Below, in pieces: positions 1 through 10,644 of a DNA stretch of 64,000 nt. This DNA comes from an uncultured Desulfatitalea sp. (lineage in GTDB: Bacteria; Desulfobacterota; Desulfobacteria; Desulfobacterales; Desulfosarcinaceae): positions 2,784,001-2,848,000 of the forward strand of contig CAXXMB010000002.1 of the NCBI GenBank assembly GCA_963668675.2. The letters run 5' to 3'. The position numbers and the translations under genes were made by a program. The notes under the pieces were generated by a model, which saw only the letters and a list, made by a program, of their open reading frames with translations, did not search any database and was not told where the DNA came from. How positions within the stretch are numbered: the first letter of the stretch is position 1; each line of letters begins with the position of its first letter.

Positions 1-942
1 GGTTTTTCGGTTGCCATCGATGCCGACCGGTTGATCGTGGGGGCCAATCATCGCCAGGAGGCCCGTATCTACCAAAGATACACGGCGCTGGGCAATAACA
101 ATGCGTGGTATCAGCAGGACACACTGACCGGCTCCGATGGGGGCAATGGCGACAGCTTCGGTGTCTCCGTGGACATCAGTGGTGATTGGGCCATTGTCGG
201 TGCGCCCTACGATGACAACGCCAGAGGTACGGATGCCGGTGCGGTCTACTTTTTTCAATGGACCGGCAGCGATTGGGTCCAGCGCGTCAAACGGCTGGCC
301 GCGGATGGTGCCGGAGGCGACATCTTCGGCTGGTCGGTGGCGATCCACGGCGATTGGGCTGTGGTCGGGGCCCCTTATGAGGACAACCAGAGGGGAGGCA
401 ACGCCGGAAGTATCTACGTGTTCCAGCGCAGCGGCGTGAGTTGGTACCAAAATTCCAAACACATCGCATCGGATGGCGGGGCCGGCGACTACCTGGGAAC
501 ATCGGTTGCCATCTGGGGCAACTATATCCTGGCAGGGGCCTACTACGACGACAATTCCAACGGCACCAATGCCGGGTCGGCCTATTTCTATGTGCGCGGC
601 AGCGGGAGCTTCAGCGAGAAGGCAAAGCTGCTGGCCGACGACGGTGCCGGCGGCGATCACTTCGGCAATTCAGTCGCCCTCACGGACTACTTCGGTGTTG
701 TCGGCGCACCTTACAATGACCACAGCTCAGGCACCAATGCCGGCGCCGCTTATGTTTACTACCGATCAGGAGATGAATTGCTATACGTGGAAAAACGAAC
801 CGCATCCGATGGCGCCGCAGGAGATCTCTTCGGCTATCGTACCGCCATCAGCGGATACTACGCTGCTATCAGCGCACTCTATGACGACAACACCGTGGGC
901 ACGGATGCCGGCGCCACCTACCTCTTCGAGCGCGAAGAGTAG
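1..942 (+). CDS. FG-GAP/integrin-alpha-like beta-propeller repeat protein, C-terminal part (5' end outside window)
   Basis: About five repeats of A(S/D)DGxxGDxFGxSVAIxGDxAxVGAPYDDNxxGTxAGxxYxF; the frame is open from base 1. Confidence 0.85.
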   Translation, partial: GFSVAIDADRLIVGANHRQEARIYQRYTALGNNNAWYQQDTLTGSDGGNGDSFGVSVDISGDWAIVGAPYDDNARGTDAGAVYFFQWTGSDWVQRVKRLAADGAGGDIFGWSVAIHGDWAVVGAPYEDNQRGGNAGSIYVFQRSGVSWYQNSKHIASDGGAGDYLGTSVAIWGNYILAGAYYDDNSNGTNAGSAYFYVRGSGSFSEKAKLLADDGAGGDHFGNSVALTDYFGVVGAPYNDHSSGTNAGAAYVYYRSGDELLYVEKRTASDGAAGDLFGYRTAISGYYAAISALYDDNTVGTDAGATYLFEREE

Positions 943-1083
943 CCCCAAGGGGGGCATTGTTGACTATCTGTACCAAGCGGAAAGAGACGTCAGCACTATC
1001 AACCGTGGCCAAGTCTACCTTTATCTGCTCCTATCCTTATAGCCAGGAATCGGAAAACGTAGGCTTGGCCCTCCTGTTACGTT

Positions 1084-1998
1084 TCAGGTATCCATGAGGA
1101 GCCGCATGTAAAACAGCTCGAAATCGATCATCTCGTCGTCCTTTTTGCGAAGCCATTCTGAAAGCCAGCCAAAACGCACAGCCAGCACAAATAGGGGAAA
1201 AAGGGCCATATCCTCCAGCGATAACAATCCGGTTTGCCTGAGCGTGCGCAAAAAGGACGAGACAAATTCTGCTTCTCTTGCTTCCGGCGCCTCGGCGCCC
1301 ACGCAGCCGGCCACGAGGGCCGCGTCGTAAAGTTTCGGTTTCCATCCACAGAATTCCCAATCGATGACGCTGTTGATGCAATCTTCTCCCCAGATCGTAT
1401 TGAGCGGATGCGGATCCCCATGACCAAATGTTATAGGGAGATCGTCGATCACCGGATAGAGGCGTTTGCGCAGAAATTCGTAGATTGGGTTCACCTCCGG
1501 AATCAGCAACGGGTCGCTCCGGCTGATGCTGGCCATCAGATTGTCGATAAAGCCGGTCATGGAGAAGAACGGCTCTTCGAGAGTCCAGCCGCAAGTGGCA
1601 TTGGACAGGTCGGCTAAAAAATGCCCCACGGCTTCACCTCGCCATGCGTCTCTCCAGTAAGACGTCCTGTCCAGGCGAATGCCGTCAACATATGGCGAGA
1701 GCTGCCAACAGGCACCTTTCAATTTTTGAACCCAGTTGCCATCGCTTCCCTGGCAATAGGGTGTCACCGTGAGATTGCTGCGAGCCAGTTGATCTAACCG
1801 TTCTGCGATAGTCATTTTTCTATTGAAGGAGATGGGATCGAGCTGCTCCAGAATAAAGCGATGCCCGTCTCTGTCTGCAAAAGCCAATCGATGCTTACAC
1901 CGCTCTGGGCTGCCCGGTATCGTATCGGCGGGCAGCAGTTGGGCCAATGAGATATTCCAAAGGTCAAGGACCCTTTTTACCGAACCTGAATCAAGCAT
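1084..1998 (-). CDS. Aminoglycoside phosphotransferase / homoserine kinase type II-like protein
   Basis: HGDPHPLN (Brenner-type motif) and VIDWE; start placed at ATG 1998 to avoid overlap with the upstream gene. Confidence 0.75.
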   Translation of the reverse strand: MLDSGSVKRVLDLWNISLAQLLPADTIPGSPERCKHRLAFADRDGHRFILEQLDPISFNRKMTIAERLDQLARSNLTVTPYCQGSDGNWVQKLKGACWQLSPYVDGIRLDRTSYWRDAWRGEAVGHFLADLSNATCGWTLEEPFFSMTGFIDNLMASISRSDPLLIPEVNPIYEFLRKRLYPVIDDLPITFGHGDPHPLNTIWGEDCINSVIDWEFCGWKPKLYDAALVAGCVGAEAPEAREAEFVSSFLRTLRQTGLLSLEDMALFPLFVLAVRFGWLSEWLRKKDDEMIDFELFYMRLLMDT

Positions 1999-2030
1999 GT
2001 CGCGCAACCTGCTTTTACGGCGAGAAAAGA

Positions 2031-3566
2031 TCAGGCGTTCAGGAAATCCACCACCTGATTGGCGGCCCACACACCAGATGCCATGCACGAGAGGACTCCC
2101 CCGCTGATCGCCCCGGATCCGACCAGATAGAGCCCCTCAATCCCAGCGGTGCAGTCGAAGAAGCGGCCCGGGCCGAACTGGTCAGGGGCCTGTTCCAGGC
2201 CGAAATTGGCTCCCTGATAGCTATTGACCCAATACTCATTGGTGAGCGGCGTGGCGAACTCAACAAAGTCCAGGTGCCCGCTGAGACCCGGAAGATAACG
2301 CTCCGCTGAACGTACGAGCTGCATGCCCATTCGATTTTTCAGGTTGTCGTACGCCTCGCCGCGGTGCCGGCTGCGGGTACCGGCCCAGGGTAGAAAGGGG
2401 TGGTCGTAGCTGACCCCGCTGATGATCTGGAGGGTATGGTGGCCTTCGGGTGCGTGGGCGCTTTGTGGGTCCTTCAACGATGGTGACGTGAGAAAGTAGT
2501 AGGGGAATGGATCGGTTTCGCTGCGTGCATCGAGGGCATCAAAACACTGCTCCACGTCCGTGTAATCGAAGTGGATGATGTTGGCGTCGGAGAGCCGTGT
2601 CGCAGACAAATCCATAGAAGTGCCGATAAAGGCGTAGAAGGCGCCGGCCGATGGTCGTAAGCCGGCCACTTTTTTTGCCAGGGCCTTGGGGATCAGGCCG
2701 GGATCGACCAATTGCCGAAAGGTAATGATGGGGTCGGCATTGCTGACCACAGCCCTGGCCGTGTATTGGTCTCCGGATTTGGTAGAGACGCAGAACGCCT
2801 CGCCCTGACGTTCGATGCGAGTTACAGGGGCTCCGGCTTTAAGAACGGCCTCGTGCCGATGAAGCCCGGTGACAAAGGCGTCCCGTATTGCCCCGCTGCC
2901 TCCCTTGGGATAATAGGCACCTTCAAAGAAGTGGTCCAGCAGCATGAGACACAGAAAGGTGGACGCCATTGAAGGCGGCAGGCCGCTGTTGCCGCAGTGG
3001 GCCGACAGCGCCGCCTGGAGCTGAGGATTGCGGGTAATGCCGTTGAGCATCTTCTGATAGGTTGAACGGAAATACTTCATCAGTACGGGATGCCGGAAGA
3101 TATACCCGATTTTATCAAAGATGTTTTTGGGCGGGCCTTTGGGGTCGGAAAAGGCCTTCAGCAGTTGATCGATGATATGGAAATATTTCCTGATCGGTTT
3201 GGCTTCGTTGGGAAAGAGCGTTAGCAGTCTCTTCTGATACTGTTCTCTTCCTTTGCAAAACCGCAACTCAAAATCCGGAAAACAGAAGCAATCGAACCCA
3301 TCCGGGTTGAGCTCGATAAACGACACCTCCTTGTCGACCTCCAACAACTCCATCAACATCATAAAAGAACCACCCGGTTGGAGTTTTCCCAGATAGTGAA
3401 GACCGGTATCGAAGGAGTAGCCGTTTCGGGTGAATGGATTCAGGTAACCGCCAAAATTCGGGGCGGCCTCCAGCAAAAGGACGGACACGCCCTGCTGGCT
3501 CATCCGCAATGCAGCGCCCAATCCTCCTGCGCCACTGCCGATGACAATGGCATCGTAATCGGTCAT
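2031..3566 (-). CDS. Phytoene desaturase / retinol saturase-like FAD-dependent oxidoreductase
   Basis: N-terminal VIGSGAGGL dinucleotide motif, FDTGLHY, YYPKGGSG, FATPLT, C-terminal GGVLSCMASG. Confidence 0.8.
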   Translation of the reverse strand: MTDYDAIVIGSGAGGLGAALRMSQQGVSVLLLEAAPNFGGYLNPFTRNGYSFDTGLHYLGKLQPGGSFMMLMELLEVDKEVSFIELNPDGFDCFCFPDFELRFCKGREQYQKRLLTLFPNEAKPIRKYFHIIDQLLKAFSDPKGPPKNIFDKIGYIFRHPVLMKYFRSTYQKMLNGITRNPQLQAALSAHCGNSGLPPSMASTFLCLMLLDHFFEGAYYPKGGSGAIRDAFVTGLHRHEAVLKAGAPVTRIERQGEAFCVSTKSGDQYTARAVVSNADPIITFRQLVDPGLIPKALAKKVAGLRPSAGAFYAFIGTSMDLSATRLSDANIIHFDYTDVEQCFDALDARSETDPFPYYFLTSPSLKDPQSAHAPEGHHTLQIISGVSYDHPFLPWAGTRSRHRGEAYDNLKNRMGMQLVRSAERYLPGLSGHLDFVEFATPLTNEYWVNSYQGANFGLEQAPDQFGPGRFFDCTAGIEGLYLVGSGAISGGVLSCMASGVWAANQVVDFLNA

Positions 3567-3591
3567 TGGTTCTCCTTTTCTCTCGTTTTCG

Positions 3592-4455
3592 CTATTCCCA
3601 CCGAACGTTGAGAGGTTTGCGGTCTACGAGGCGCAAATATTTCAATTTCGGATAGCCGACAATCAGAACGCTTTGCACCTCGTGTCCCTCTGGCAGTCCA
3701 ATCGCTTCGGCCAGAGGGGGATAAGAGCGGGCGGCCATCTCCAGTAGCCCGATATAGGTGAACTCTAGCCCCAGGGTGCGGCCGAACAGCCCGACCGTTG
3801 TCGAGGCAATGACGCAGTTGTCTTTAGGCGTGCTGGTTTCAAGCAGTGAATGAAATATTAAGACGAGGGGGGCGTGATGAAAAATCGGATCGTAGCCAAT
3901 CGATTTGGCCAGCAGCATGTTTTTACGGTAGCGCGCTGTCTTCTCAAGCTGAAGACGGGCCGGCGTTTGGAGGTCGTCCGGCATCGTTTTGAGTTTTTCA
4001 GCGGCCTTGAGTCCCATCTCGGCAAAAAAATCGATGGTCAGGTCAGACAGCATTTTTTTGCGTTCGTCATCTTCAAGTACAATGATGTCGACACCCTGGA
4101 CGTTACCTCCGGTGGGTGCGTACCGGGCCGCCTCGATCAAATGCTCAATTGTGTCCTTGGAAACAACTTTGTCTTTAAAATGGCGATGGCTTCGGCGTTG
4201 GCGGATAAAGCGCATAAACTCATCGGGCTGGTATTGAACCGGTGTCCCCGCGGATTCAAAGTTGTTCGCATCCATCCGGCTGTGGGCGATGGCGCCAGTG
4301 GGGCACAAGGATACGCAATGACCGCAGATGATACAGCAGTTTTCATCGGCCTGAACTGAAATGTTCTTATCGGTAAACGTAAAGCATCGGGGGCAGCGAA
4401 CGGCACAGATACCGCAATCGTTGCATTTGTCTTTGTCGATGGTCACCCAACTCAT
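3592..4455 (-). CDS. Nitroreductase family protein with N-terminal 2x[4Fe-4S] ferredoxin domain
   Basis: CxxCxxCxxxCP twice, then RRSHRHF and APTGGN nitroreductase motifs. Confidence 0.9.
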   Translation of the reverse strand: MSWVTIDKDKCNDCGICAVRCPRCFTFTDKNISVQADENCCIICGHCVSLCPTGAIAHSRMDANNFESAGTPVQYQPDEFMRFIRQRRSHRHFKDKVVSKDTIEHLIEAARYAPTGGNVQGVDIIVLEDDERKKMLSDLTIDFFAEMGLKAAEKLKTMPDDLQTPARLQLEKTARYRKNMLLAKSIGYDPIFHHAPLVLIFHSLLETSTPKDNCVIASTTVGLFGRTLGLEFTYIGLLEMAARSYPPLAEAIGLPEGHEVQSVLIVGYPKLKYLRLVDRKPLNVRWE

Positions 4456-4700
4456 TTGTCTCCTCCTCTATCCGAAGTAGCCAATACAACTGTTTTTAAA
4501 CGATCAGGAAATCGATTCCGATGTGAATTGCGGTTCAGCATAGATGAAATAGATCAAGCGGGCAAGCATCAGGAAGAGAGCGCCCATGCATTTCAGGAAA
4601 ATGTATGGAGGTTCCGATCATTTACGCTCTTGATAAAAAAGATCGAGCACGGCAGGATGGCCCGTGATAAGCAGGATTGAAAGCGGTAAGTTTCAGGGCC

Positions 4701-4776
4701 ATTAAACCGGCCAACCTTCGTCATTGCGGATCAAGTCCGGAATGGCATTTGCTGTGATGAATTGCCGGGCGAATAA
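4701..4776. repeat. REP/MITE-like palindromic element, short copy 1 (inverted relative to copies 2 and 3)
   Basis: ATTAAACCGG...GTCATTGCGGATCAAGTCCGGAATGGC...AATTGCCGGGCGAATAA shares its ends and core with 23262-23411. Confidence 0.65.
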
Positions 4777-6432
4777 CGAGGATAGAGGATGTTGTGGAAT
4801 ATGAATTTCGATATTCGAACTTGGGATCGGCCTGCAGGGCGTGCCGTCAATCACAACGATAGGATGGTGACCGCCCCATGGCATTGATCGGCATGCGCGA
4901 TGTGGTCTGGGGATTTGGTGATCCGCCGCTATTGGATGGCATCTCTTTTCAGATCGAAAGGGGTGAACGGGTCGGCCTGTTGGGGCGCAATGGCGTGGGC
5001 AAGTCGACCCTTTTCCGGCTTTTGAACCGCCAAATGCAGCCCCAAAGCGGAGAGGTGTGGTGCCAGCAAGGCATGGTCGTAGCGGCCCTGGAACAAGAGG
5101 TGCCGTCCGGCTGCGAAGGTACCATATTCGAGGTGGTTGCCCAGGGGCTGGGCCATAAAGGAGTGGCGCTGGCCGAATACCACCGACTGTGCAGGGCGGC
5201 GTCACCGATGGAGAGTGAACCATCCGGCCGGCGGCGCGAGGCGTTGCAGCATCTGCTGGACACCGAAGACGGCTGGCCCCTGCAACACACCATTCAAAGC
5301 GTATTGTCGCGTACCGGTCTCGATCCCGAAAAACCGTTCGCCGATCTGTCGGCCGGAATGAAACGCCGCACCCTTTTCGCCAGAGCACTTGCACTGGAGC
5401 CCGACGTGCTGCTTCTGGACGAACCGACCAACCATCTGGACATTGATGCGATCATCTGGATGGAGTCGTTTGTTTTACGCCATGTCAAAACCTTGCTTTT
5501 CATCACCCATGACCGCGCATTTTTAGAGCGCATCGCCACTCGAATTATGGATCTGGATCGTGGACGCCTCTTCTCCTATGCCTGCAACTACAACACCTAC
5601 CTGAAGCGCCGCGAGGCGGATCTGGATGCTGAGATGCAGCAACAGAGGCGCTTTGACAAGAAGCTCTCCCAGGAAGAGACCTGGATTCGACAGGGTATCA
5701 AGGCACGGCGCACCCGCAATGAGGGGCGTGTCCGGGCATTGCTCAAACTGCGGGCGGTAGCCCGGGAGCGGCGCGCCAAGATCGGCCAGGTGCGCATGCA
5801 ACTGCAGGAGACCGAACGCACCGGCCGGCTCGTGATCCAGGCCCGGGAGTTGACCCATGGTTTCGGCGGAACGACCGTTGTCAAGGGGTTCTCCACTACC
5901 ATCCTGCGCGGGGAGAAGGTGGGCATCATCGGCCCCAACGGCGTCGGCAAAACCACCCTGATCCATCTGTTGCTGAAAGAAAATGAACCGGACAGCGGCA
6001 CGGTGCGTCTCGGTACCCACGTTCAGGTGGCTTACTTCGATCAACTAAGGGCCCAACTGGACGAGGAGAAGACCGTTGCCCAGAACATCAACCCGGAGAA
6101 TGACGTTATCGTTTTCAACGGCAGCAGACGTCATGTGATCAGCCACCTTCAGGATTTTCTCTTTTCGCCGGAACGCTGCCGTACGCCGGTCCATAATGTG
6201 GTTCAATAAAATCGGACACCGAGTTAAGCGTAAACATCAACTGGGTGTGAGCGGGAGCAATTTAAAAGAGCTATTTGACAAATAGAGATGATGCCAATCA
6301 TCTCATGTCAACCCCAAAGCCTCCGTCGATCTGGTTGTCAAGGGCGTCGCCAGGCGTTCATCTTGACCCTTGACAACCAGATCGGCGGAGGCTACTCGCA
6401 CCTGATCAAAAGGCCATTTAGCGAGGTGTTCA

Positions 6433-6732
6433 ATGAGCGAAAAACGACAACGCAGGGACTTTACCGACGACTTTAAAAACGATGCGGTAAAACTGGTAAT
6501 CGAACAAGGCTATAACTGCAGCGAAGTCGGTCGCCGTTTAGGGATCAATCACACCAACGTATCGCGTTGGGTCAGACAGCATCGAGCCGAAAAGGAAAAC
6601 AAAACCGAAGCAGGATCGTCTCAGGAACTGCAGGCCGAGGTTAAGCAACTGCGTAAAGAGAACAAACGCCTTTTAATGGAGCGTGACATCTTAAAAAAGG
6701 CGGCGGCCTTCTTTGCAAACGAACCCAAGTAA
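6433..6732 (+). CDS. IS3 transposase OrfA (HTH); A-AAA-AAG -1 frameshift motif at 6693-6699
   Basis: FTDDFKNDAVKLV...LRKENKRLLMERDILKKAAAFF is typical of IS3 OrfA. Confidence 0.9.
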   Translation: MSEKRQRRDFTDDFKNDAVKLVIEQGYNCSEVGRRLGINHTNVSRWVRQHRAEKENKTEAGSSQELQAEVKQLRKENKRLLMERDILKKAAAFFANEPK

Positions 6733-6755
6733 GATTTGAGTTCATCCGGCAGCAA

Positions 6756-7601
6756 ATGAAGGCCTATCCCGTCACCTTACTGTGTTCGGTGATGCGGGTT
6801 AGCCGGAGCGGGTTTTATGACTATCTGGATCGATATACCCCTGGTGGCGATCATCGCCCCGAAGAAACAGGCCTAAGGGGCCGGATAAAGGAAATCTTCG
6901 ATCAATCCAGATCCAGTTATGGATCCCGCAGAATCGTCAAACAGCTTCAGGCTGAAGACCAGGAAATTGGACGATATAAGGTACGGCGAATCATGCGACA
7001 AGTAGGACTTAAAGCGAAAACCCCCAAACGGTTCAAGTTGACAACCAACAGTCGACACTCATTTGCGGTAGCCCCTAATGTGCTTGATCGCAACTTTGAT
7101 GTAGATACCCCCAACAAGGTCTGGACGGCCGATATCAGTTACGTGTGGACTTTTGAAGGCTGGTTGTACCTGGCCATCATCATGGATTTGTATTCTCGCC
7201 AAATTGTTGGCTGGGCCATGGACAAACGAATGAAAAAGGAGCTGGCGCTCAGCGCCTTATCCATGGCCTACTGGCAAAGAAAACCAGCCCAAGGGCTGAT
7301 GCACCATTCGGACCGTGGAAGCCAGTACGCATGCAATGAGTACCGGGATCGGCTTGAAACCTATGGCATGATCTCGTCGATGAGCCGTAAGGGCAACTGC
7401 TGGGACAATGCTCCGACAGAACGCTTCTTTCGTTCCCTTAAATCAGAACGGCTGACGGCATGTCGGTTTTTTACCCGCAATGATGCCAAAAACGAAATAC
7501 TGGACTACATCACATACTACAATAGTATTCGACTTCATTCTACTTTGGGGTATTTATCCCCGATGGATTATGAGAAAGAGCAGTACTTAAAAGTTGCTTA
7601 A
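6756..7601 (+). CDS. IS3 transposase OrfB (DDE integrase core)
   Basis: WTADISY, HHSDRGSQY, GNCWDNAPTERFF, YYNSIRLHSTLGY. Confidence 0.95.
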   Translation: MKAYPVTLLCSVMRVSRSGFYDYLDRYTPGGDHRPEETGLRGRIKEIFDQSRSSYGSRRIVKQLQAEDQEIGRYKVRRIMRQVGLKAKTPKRFKLTTNSRHSFAVAPNVLDRNFDVDTPNKVWTADISYVWTFEGWLYLAIIMDLYSRQIVGWAMDKRMKKELALSALSMAYWQRKPAQGLMHHSDRGSQYACNEYRDRLETYGMISSMSRKGNCWDNAPTERFFRSLKSERLTACRFFTRNDAKNEILDYITYYNSIRLHSTLGYLSPMDYEKEQYLKVA

Positions 7602-8291
7602 TTTTGTGTCCGTTTTTTGTTGACCATTACACCATGTGCTTTCGGGCGGTGAACGCAATCGGCTGATGTTGGCTAAACTCTTCACCCAACCGGCCAACCT
7701 TCTCGTCCTGGACGAACCCACCAACGATTTGGATGCCGAAACGCTGGAACTGCTCGAAGAGTTGCTGCTCAACTTTGAAGGCACCCTCTTGCTGGTCAGT
7801 CATGACCGCGCCTTCTTGAACAACGTGGTGACCAGCACCATGGTATTTGAAGGCGGAGGCAGGGTGGTCGAGTATGCAGGCGGTTACGACGATTGGCTCC
7901 TGCAGCGTCCACAGCCGGTTGAACCCCCTAAAGCCGAACAGAAGAAAGAGGCGTCCCCACGGGCGCCGGCGGCCTCGAAACCCAAACGGCTCACCTTCAA
8001 TGAGGCCCGTGAACTCAAGGCCCTGCCCGAAAAAATCGAGGCTCTGGAGAGTGAGCAAGCAGATCTGCACACCATGATGGCCGATTCCGAATACTACAAG
8101 CGGGGCAAGCAGGCGATCGTCACCCATACGAAACGCCTTGAGCAGATCGAAACCGCCATTGCCGAAGCCTATGCGCGCTGGGAGAGCTTGGAGGCGGTGG
8201 GGAAGTAAACCGGGCAGCCTGCTAAAGATTCCGGCGTCGAAGACGCGATAGAAAAGGTCTTCTTTACAGCCATCTGCGCCGGACTTCCGTT

Positions 8292-8702
8292 TTACTCTCT
8301 TCTGCTCATCAGTTCGAAGATCCCGCCCCCCGGTCCGCCGCCATCCAGATAGGCAAAGCGGCCCGGGTCATGAATCAGGACATGGGCGCCCTCTTTCACA
8401 AGCTCAGCCACTTCGGCATCGACATCATCCACGAAAAAACCGATATGGTGGACACCCTCCCCCCACTTATCGATAAACTTGGATTGAAATATCCGGCCCT
8501 CCACACACTGAACCAGTTCGATCTCCATGGGGCCCACATAGGCAAACGCCATGCGTATCTTCCAGGGCCGGCCCTTGACATCCTGACCGCCGTTTTCCAT
8601 GTATTTCCAAGGGCCAAGGCCGTAAAGCCGCGACCAGGCCTCGGTCACCTTGTCAATGTCCGATACGGCATAACTGATATGGTCGATCGATTTAAGTTTC
8701 AT
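8292..8702 (-). CDS. VOC/glyoxalase family protein (methylmalonyl-CoA epimerase-like)
   Basis: DHISYAV, EIELVQ, GEGVHHIGF, IFEL; GGAGG RBS before ATG 8702. Confidence 0.85.
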   Translation of the reverse strand: MKLKSIDHISYAVSDIDKVTEAWSRLYGLGPWKYMENGGQDVKGRPWKIRMAFAYVGPMEIELVQCVEGRIFQSKFIDKWGEGVHHIGFFVDDVDAEVAELVKEGAHVLIHDPGRFAYLDGGGPGGGIFELMSRRE

Positions 8703-8727
8703 AGACTTCCTCCAATGGATAGCGCTG

Positions 8728-9516
8728 CTATTTTTTCTCAAGCCAGGCCGGTTCGTTGTGAACCCGGCCGCCGTCGATCACGATGGTTTCACCGGTCACG
8801 TAGCTTCCCGCCTGGGAAGCCAGGAACACGACGATCCCCGCCAGCTCATCCGGCTCGCCGAGACGAAGCATGGGGATTTGAGAGACGGCTTTGGCATTGA
8901 CCTTCGGATCTTTCCACAACGCTTCGCTGAGACGGGTTTTGATGATCCCCGGGGCGATGGCGTTAACCCGGATATTGTGCTGCCCCCACTCCTTGGCCAT
9001 CACCTGGGTCAGCATAATGACGGCCGCCTTGCTAACGCAGTAGACGCCCAAATCCCCAGCGCGTATGCCACCGATCGATGATGTGTTGATGATCGAGCCG
9101 CCGCCCTGCTTTTTCATGATCTTCGCTGTCATCTGGCTCAGGAAAAAGATACTCTTCAGATTGACGTTCATCGTGATGTCATAGGTTTTCTCGTCCTGGT
9201 CCATCATCGATCCATAATAAGGATTGGTGCCGGCATTGTTGACGAGAATATCGAGGCGTCCGAACTCTTTCATCACCTGATCGATCAGGGACCTGGTATC
9301 CTCCATTTTGCCGACATGGGCTGCAATGGATCTTCCTTTCACGCCCTTGGCCGATATCTCCGCGGCCACAGGTTCGAGCCCATCGATTTTTCGACTGCTC
9401 ACCACAACATGGGCGCCGGCATCTGCCATGGCCAGAGCGGCGGACCGTCCGATGCCACGACTGCCACCGGTGACGACAGCGACTTTACCCTCAAGAGAAA
9501 ACCGAGATAGATCCAT
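8728..9516 (-). CDS. SDR family oxidoreductase (DHRS4-like)
   Basis: TGGSRGIG, NNAGTNP, YCVSK. Confidence 0.9.
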   Translation of the reverse strand: MDLSRFSLEGKVAVVTGGSRGIGRSAALAMADAGAHVVVSSRKIDGLEPVAAEISAKGVKGRSIAAHVGKMEDTRSLIDQVMKEFGRLDILVNNAGTNPYYGSMMDQDEKTYDITMNVNLKSIFFLSQMTAKIMKKQGGGSIINTSSIGGIRAGDLGVYCVSKAAVIMLTQVMAKEWGQHNIRVNAIAPGIIKTRLSEALWKDPKVNAKAVSQIPMLRLGEPDELAGIVVFLASQAGSYVTGETIVIDGGRVHNEPAWLEKK

Positions 9517-9795
9517 CCTTCACTCCTTTCGTCAATCTGTTTTTATTCAAAGCAACTCTGTGTATAGCACATACAGAAATATCGGTCACAAGCTTTCCGA
9601 CGATGGTGTGATCGACTCCAGTTCTGCGCCACCTGAAACAGTGAAAAAAGTGGCACAGGGCATCCCTTCTATGATATTCAGCTGGTTTGGAAGCCCGCCC
9701 ATGCAAAAAAGCACGCGAGAATCCCTGCGGCTTTTTTCAAAAGGGACTGGCCAAAGCTGATGACATGATTGGTTCTAACAAAGAAGGAGCGTATC

Positions 9796-10569
9796 GTGAG
9801 TTTAAAGCAATTGATGGATCTATCGGGGAAGGTCGCCCTTGTCACAGGCGGATCGAGAGGACTTGGTCTTCAGATGTCCGAGGCACTGGGTGAATTGGGG
9901 GCCAAAGTGGCCATTACCGCCCGCAAACAGCATGAGCTGGATGCGGCCGTCGAGCAGCTGTCGTCCCAAGGCATCGACGTGATGGCTTGCTCCACCGACC
10001 TCTCTAAACATGAAACACTCCAAGGCCTTGTCGATAGCGTTGTGGAACGGTTCGGCAATATCGACATTCTGGTCAACAATGCCGGCGCCACCTGGGGGGC
10101 ACCTGCCGAAGACCATCCGGCCGATGCCTGGCACAAAGTGCTCAACCTCAACGTCAACGCACTTTTTTTTCTAACTCAAATTGTCGGAAAACAGTGCATG
10201 ATTCCAAATAGATCCGGTAAAATCATCAACACCGCATCGGTCGCCGGACTGATGGGCAACCCCCCGGGTATGGATACGATCGCCTACAACACCAGCAAGG
10301 GCGCTGTTGTCAACTTCACACGGGCACTGGCCGCGGAGTGGGGAAAGTACAATATCACTGTCAATGCCATATGTCCCGGCGTCTTCCCATCCAAAATGGC
10401 TAAGATCCTGGTCGATACCATGAGCGACATGATCCTCGCCACAACGCCGTTGGGCCGGATCGGAGGCCCGGAAGACCTAAAGGGGTTAGTGGCCCTTTTT
10501 GCATCGGATGCCTCCAGGCATATCACCGGGCAGTGGGTAGCGGTTGACGGCGGTGCGTCGGTGATATGA
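9796..10569 (+). CDS. SDR family oxidoreductase (gluconate 5-dehydrogenase-like)
   Basis: TGGSRGLG, NNAG, YNTSK; AAGGAG RBS before GTG 9796. Confidence 0.9.
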   Translation: MSLKQLMDLSGKVALVTGGSRGLGLQMSEALGELGAKVAITARKQHELDAAVEQLSSQGIDVMACSTDLSKHETLQGLVDSVVERFGNIDILVNNAGATWGAPAEDHPADAWHKVLNLNVNALFFLTQIVGKQCMIPNRSGKIINTASVAGLMGNPPGMDTIAYNTSKGAVVNFTRALAAEWGKYNITVNAICPGVFPSKMAKILVDTMSDMILATTPLGRIGGPEDLKGLVALFASDASRHITGQWVAVDGGASVI

Positions 10570-10644
10570 GACCGGTTCTGAAAATGAAGAAGCACTGTCC
10601 TCGCATTCTGTTCTGATCTAAAATTTCCAAGGAAGGTGTAGACC

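Larger units (their letters stand above)
6194..7631 (+). mobile_element. IS3-family insertion sequence (~1.44 kb)
   Basis: Imperfect terminal IRs TAATGTGGTTCAATAAAATCGGACAC / GTGTCCGTTTTTTGTTGACCATTACA; target duplication CCA (or CCAT) at 6191 and 7632; orfA and orfB present. Confidence 0.95.
4878..8208 (+). pseudogene. uup: ABC-F ATPase Uup, split by an IS3 insertion (5' part 4878-6193, 3' part 7635-8208)
   Basis: Two ABC domains (GRNGVGKS, GPNGVGKT, LLDEPTNHLD) and the GIKARRTRNEGRVR linker; removing the IS plus one target copy restores ...RTPVHVLSGGERNRL... Confidence 0.9.

Noticed and set aside
2031..3566. CrtI-like gene as part of a carotenoid pathway with the 43.7-kb fusion
   Set aside because: It is 40 kb away, in an unrelated operon, with no phytoene synthase in the window; the family is functionally broad
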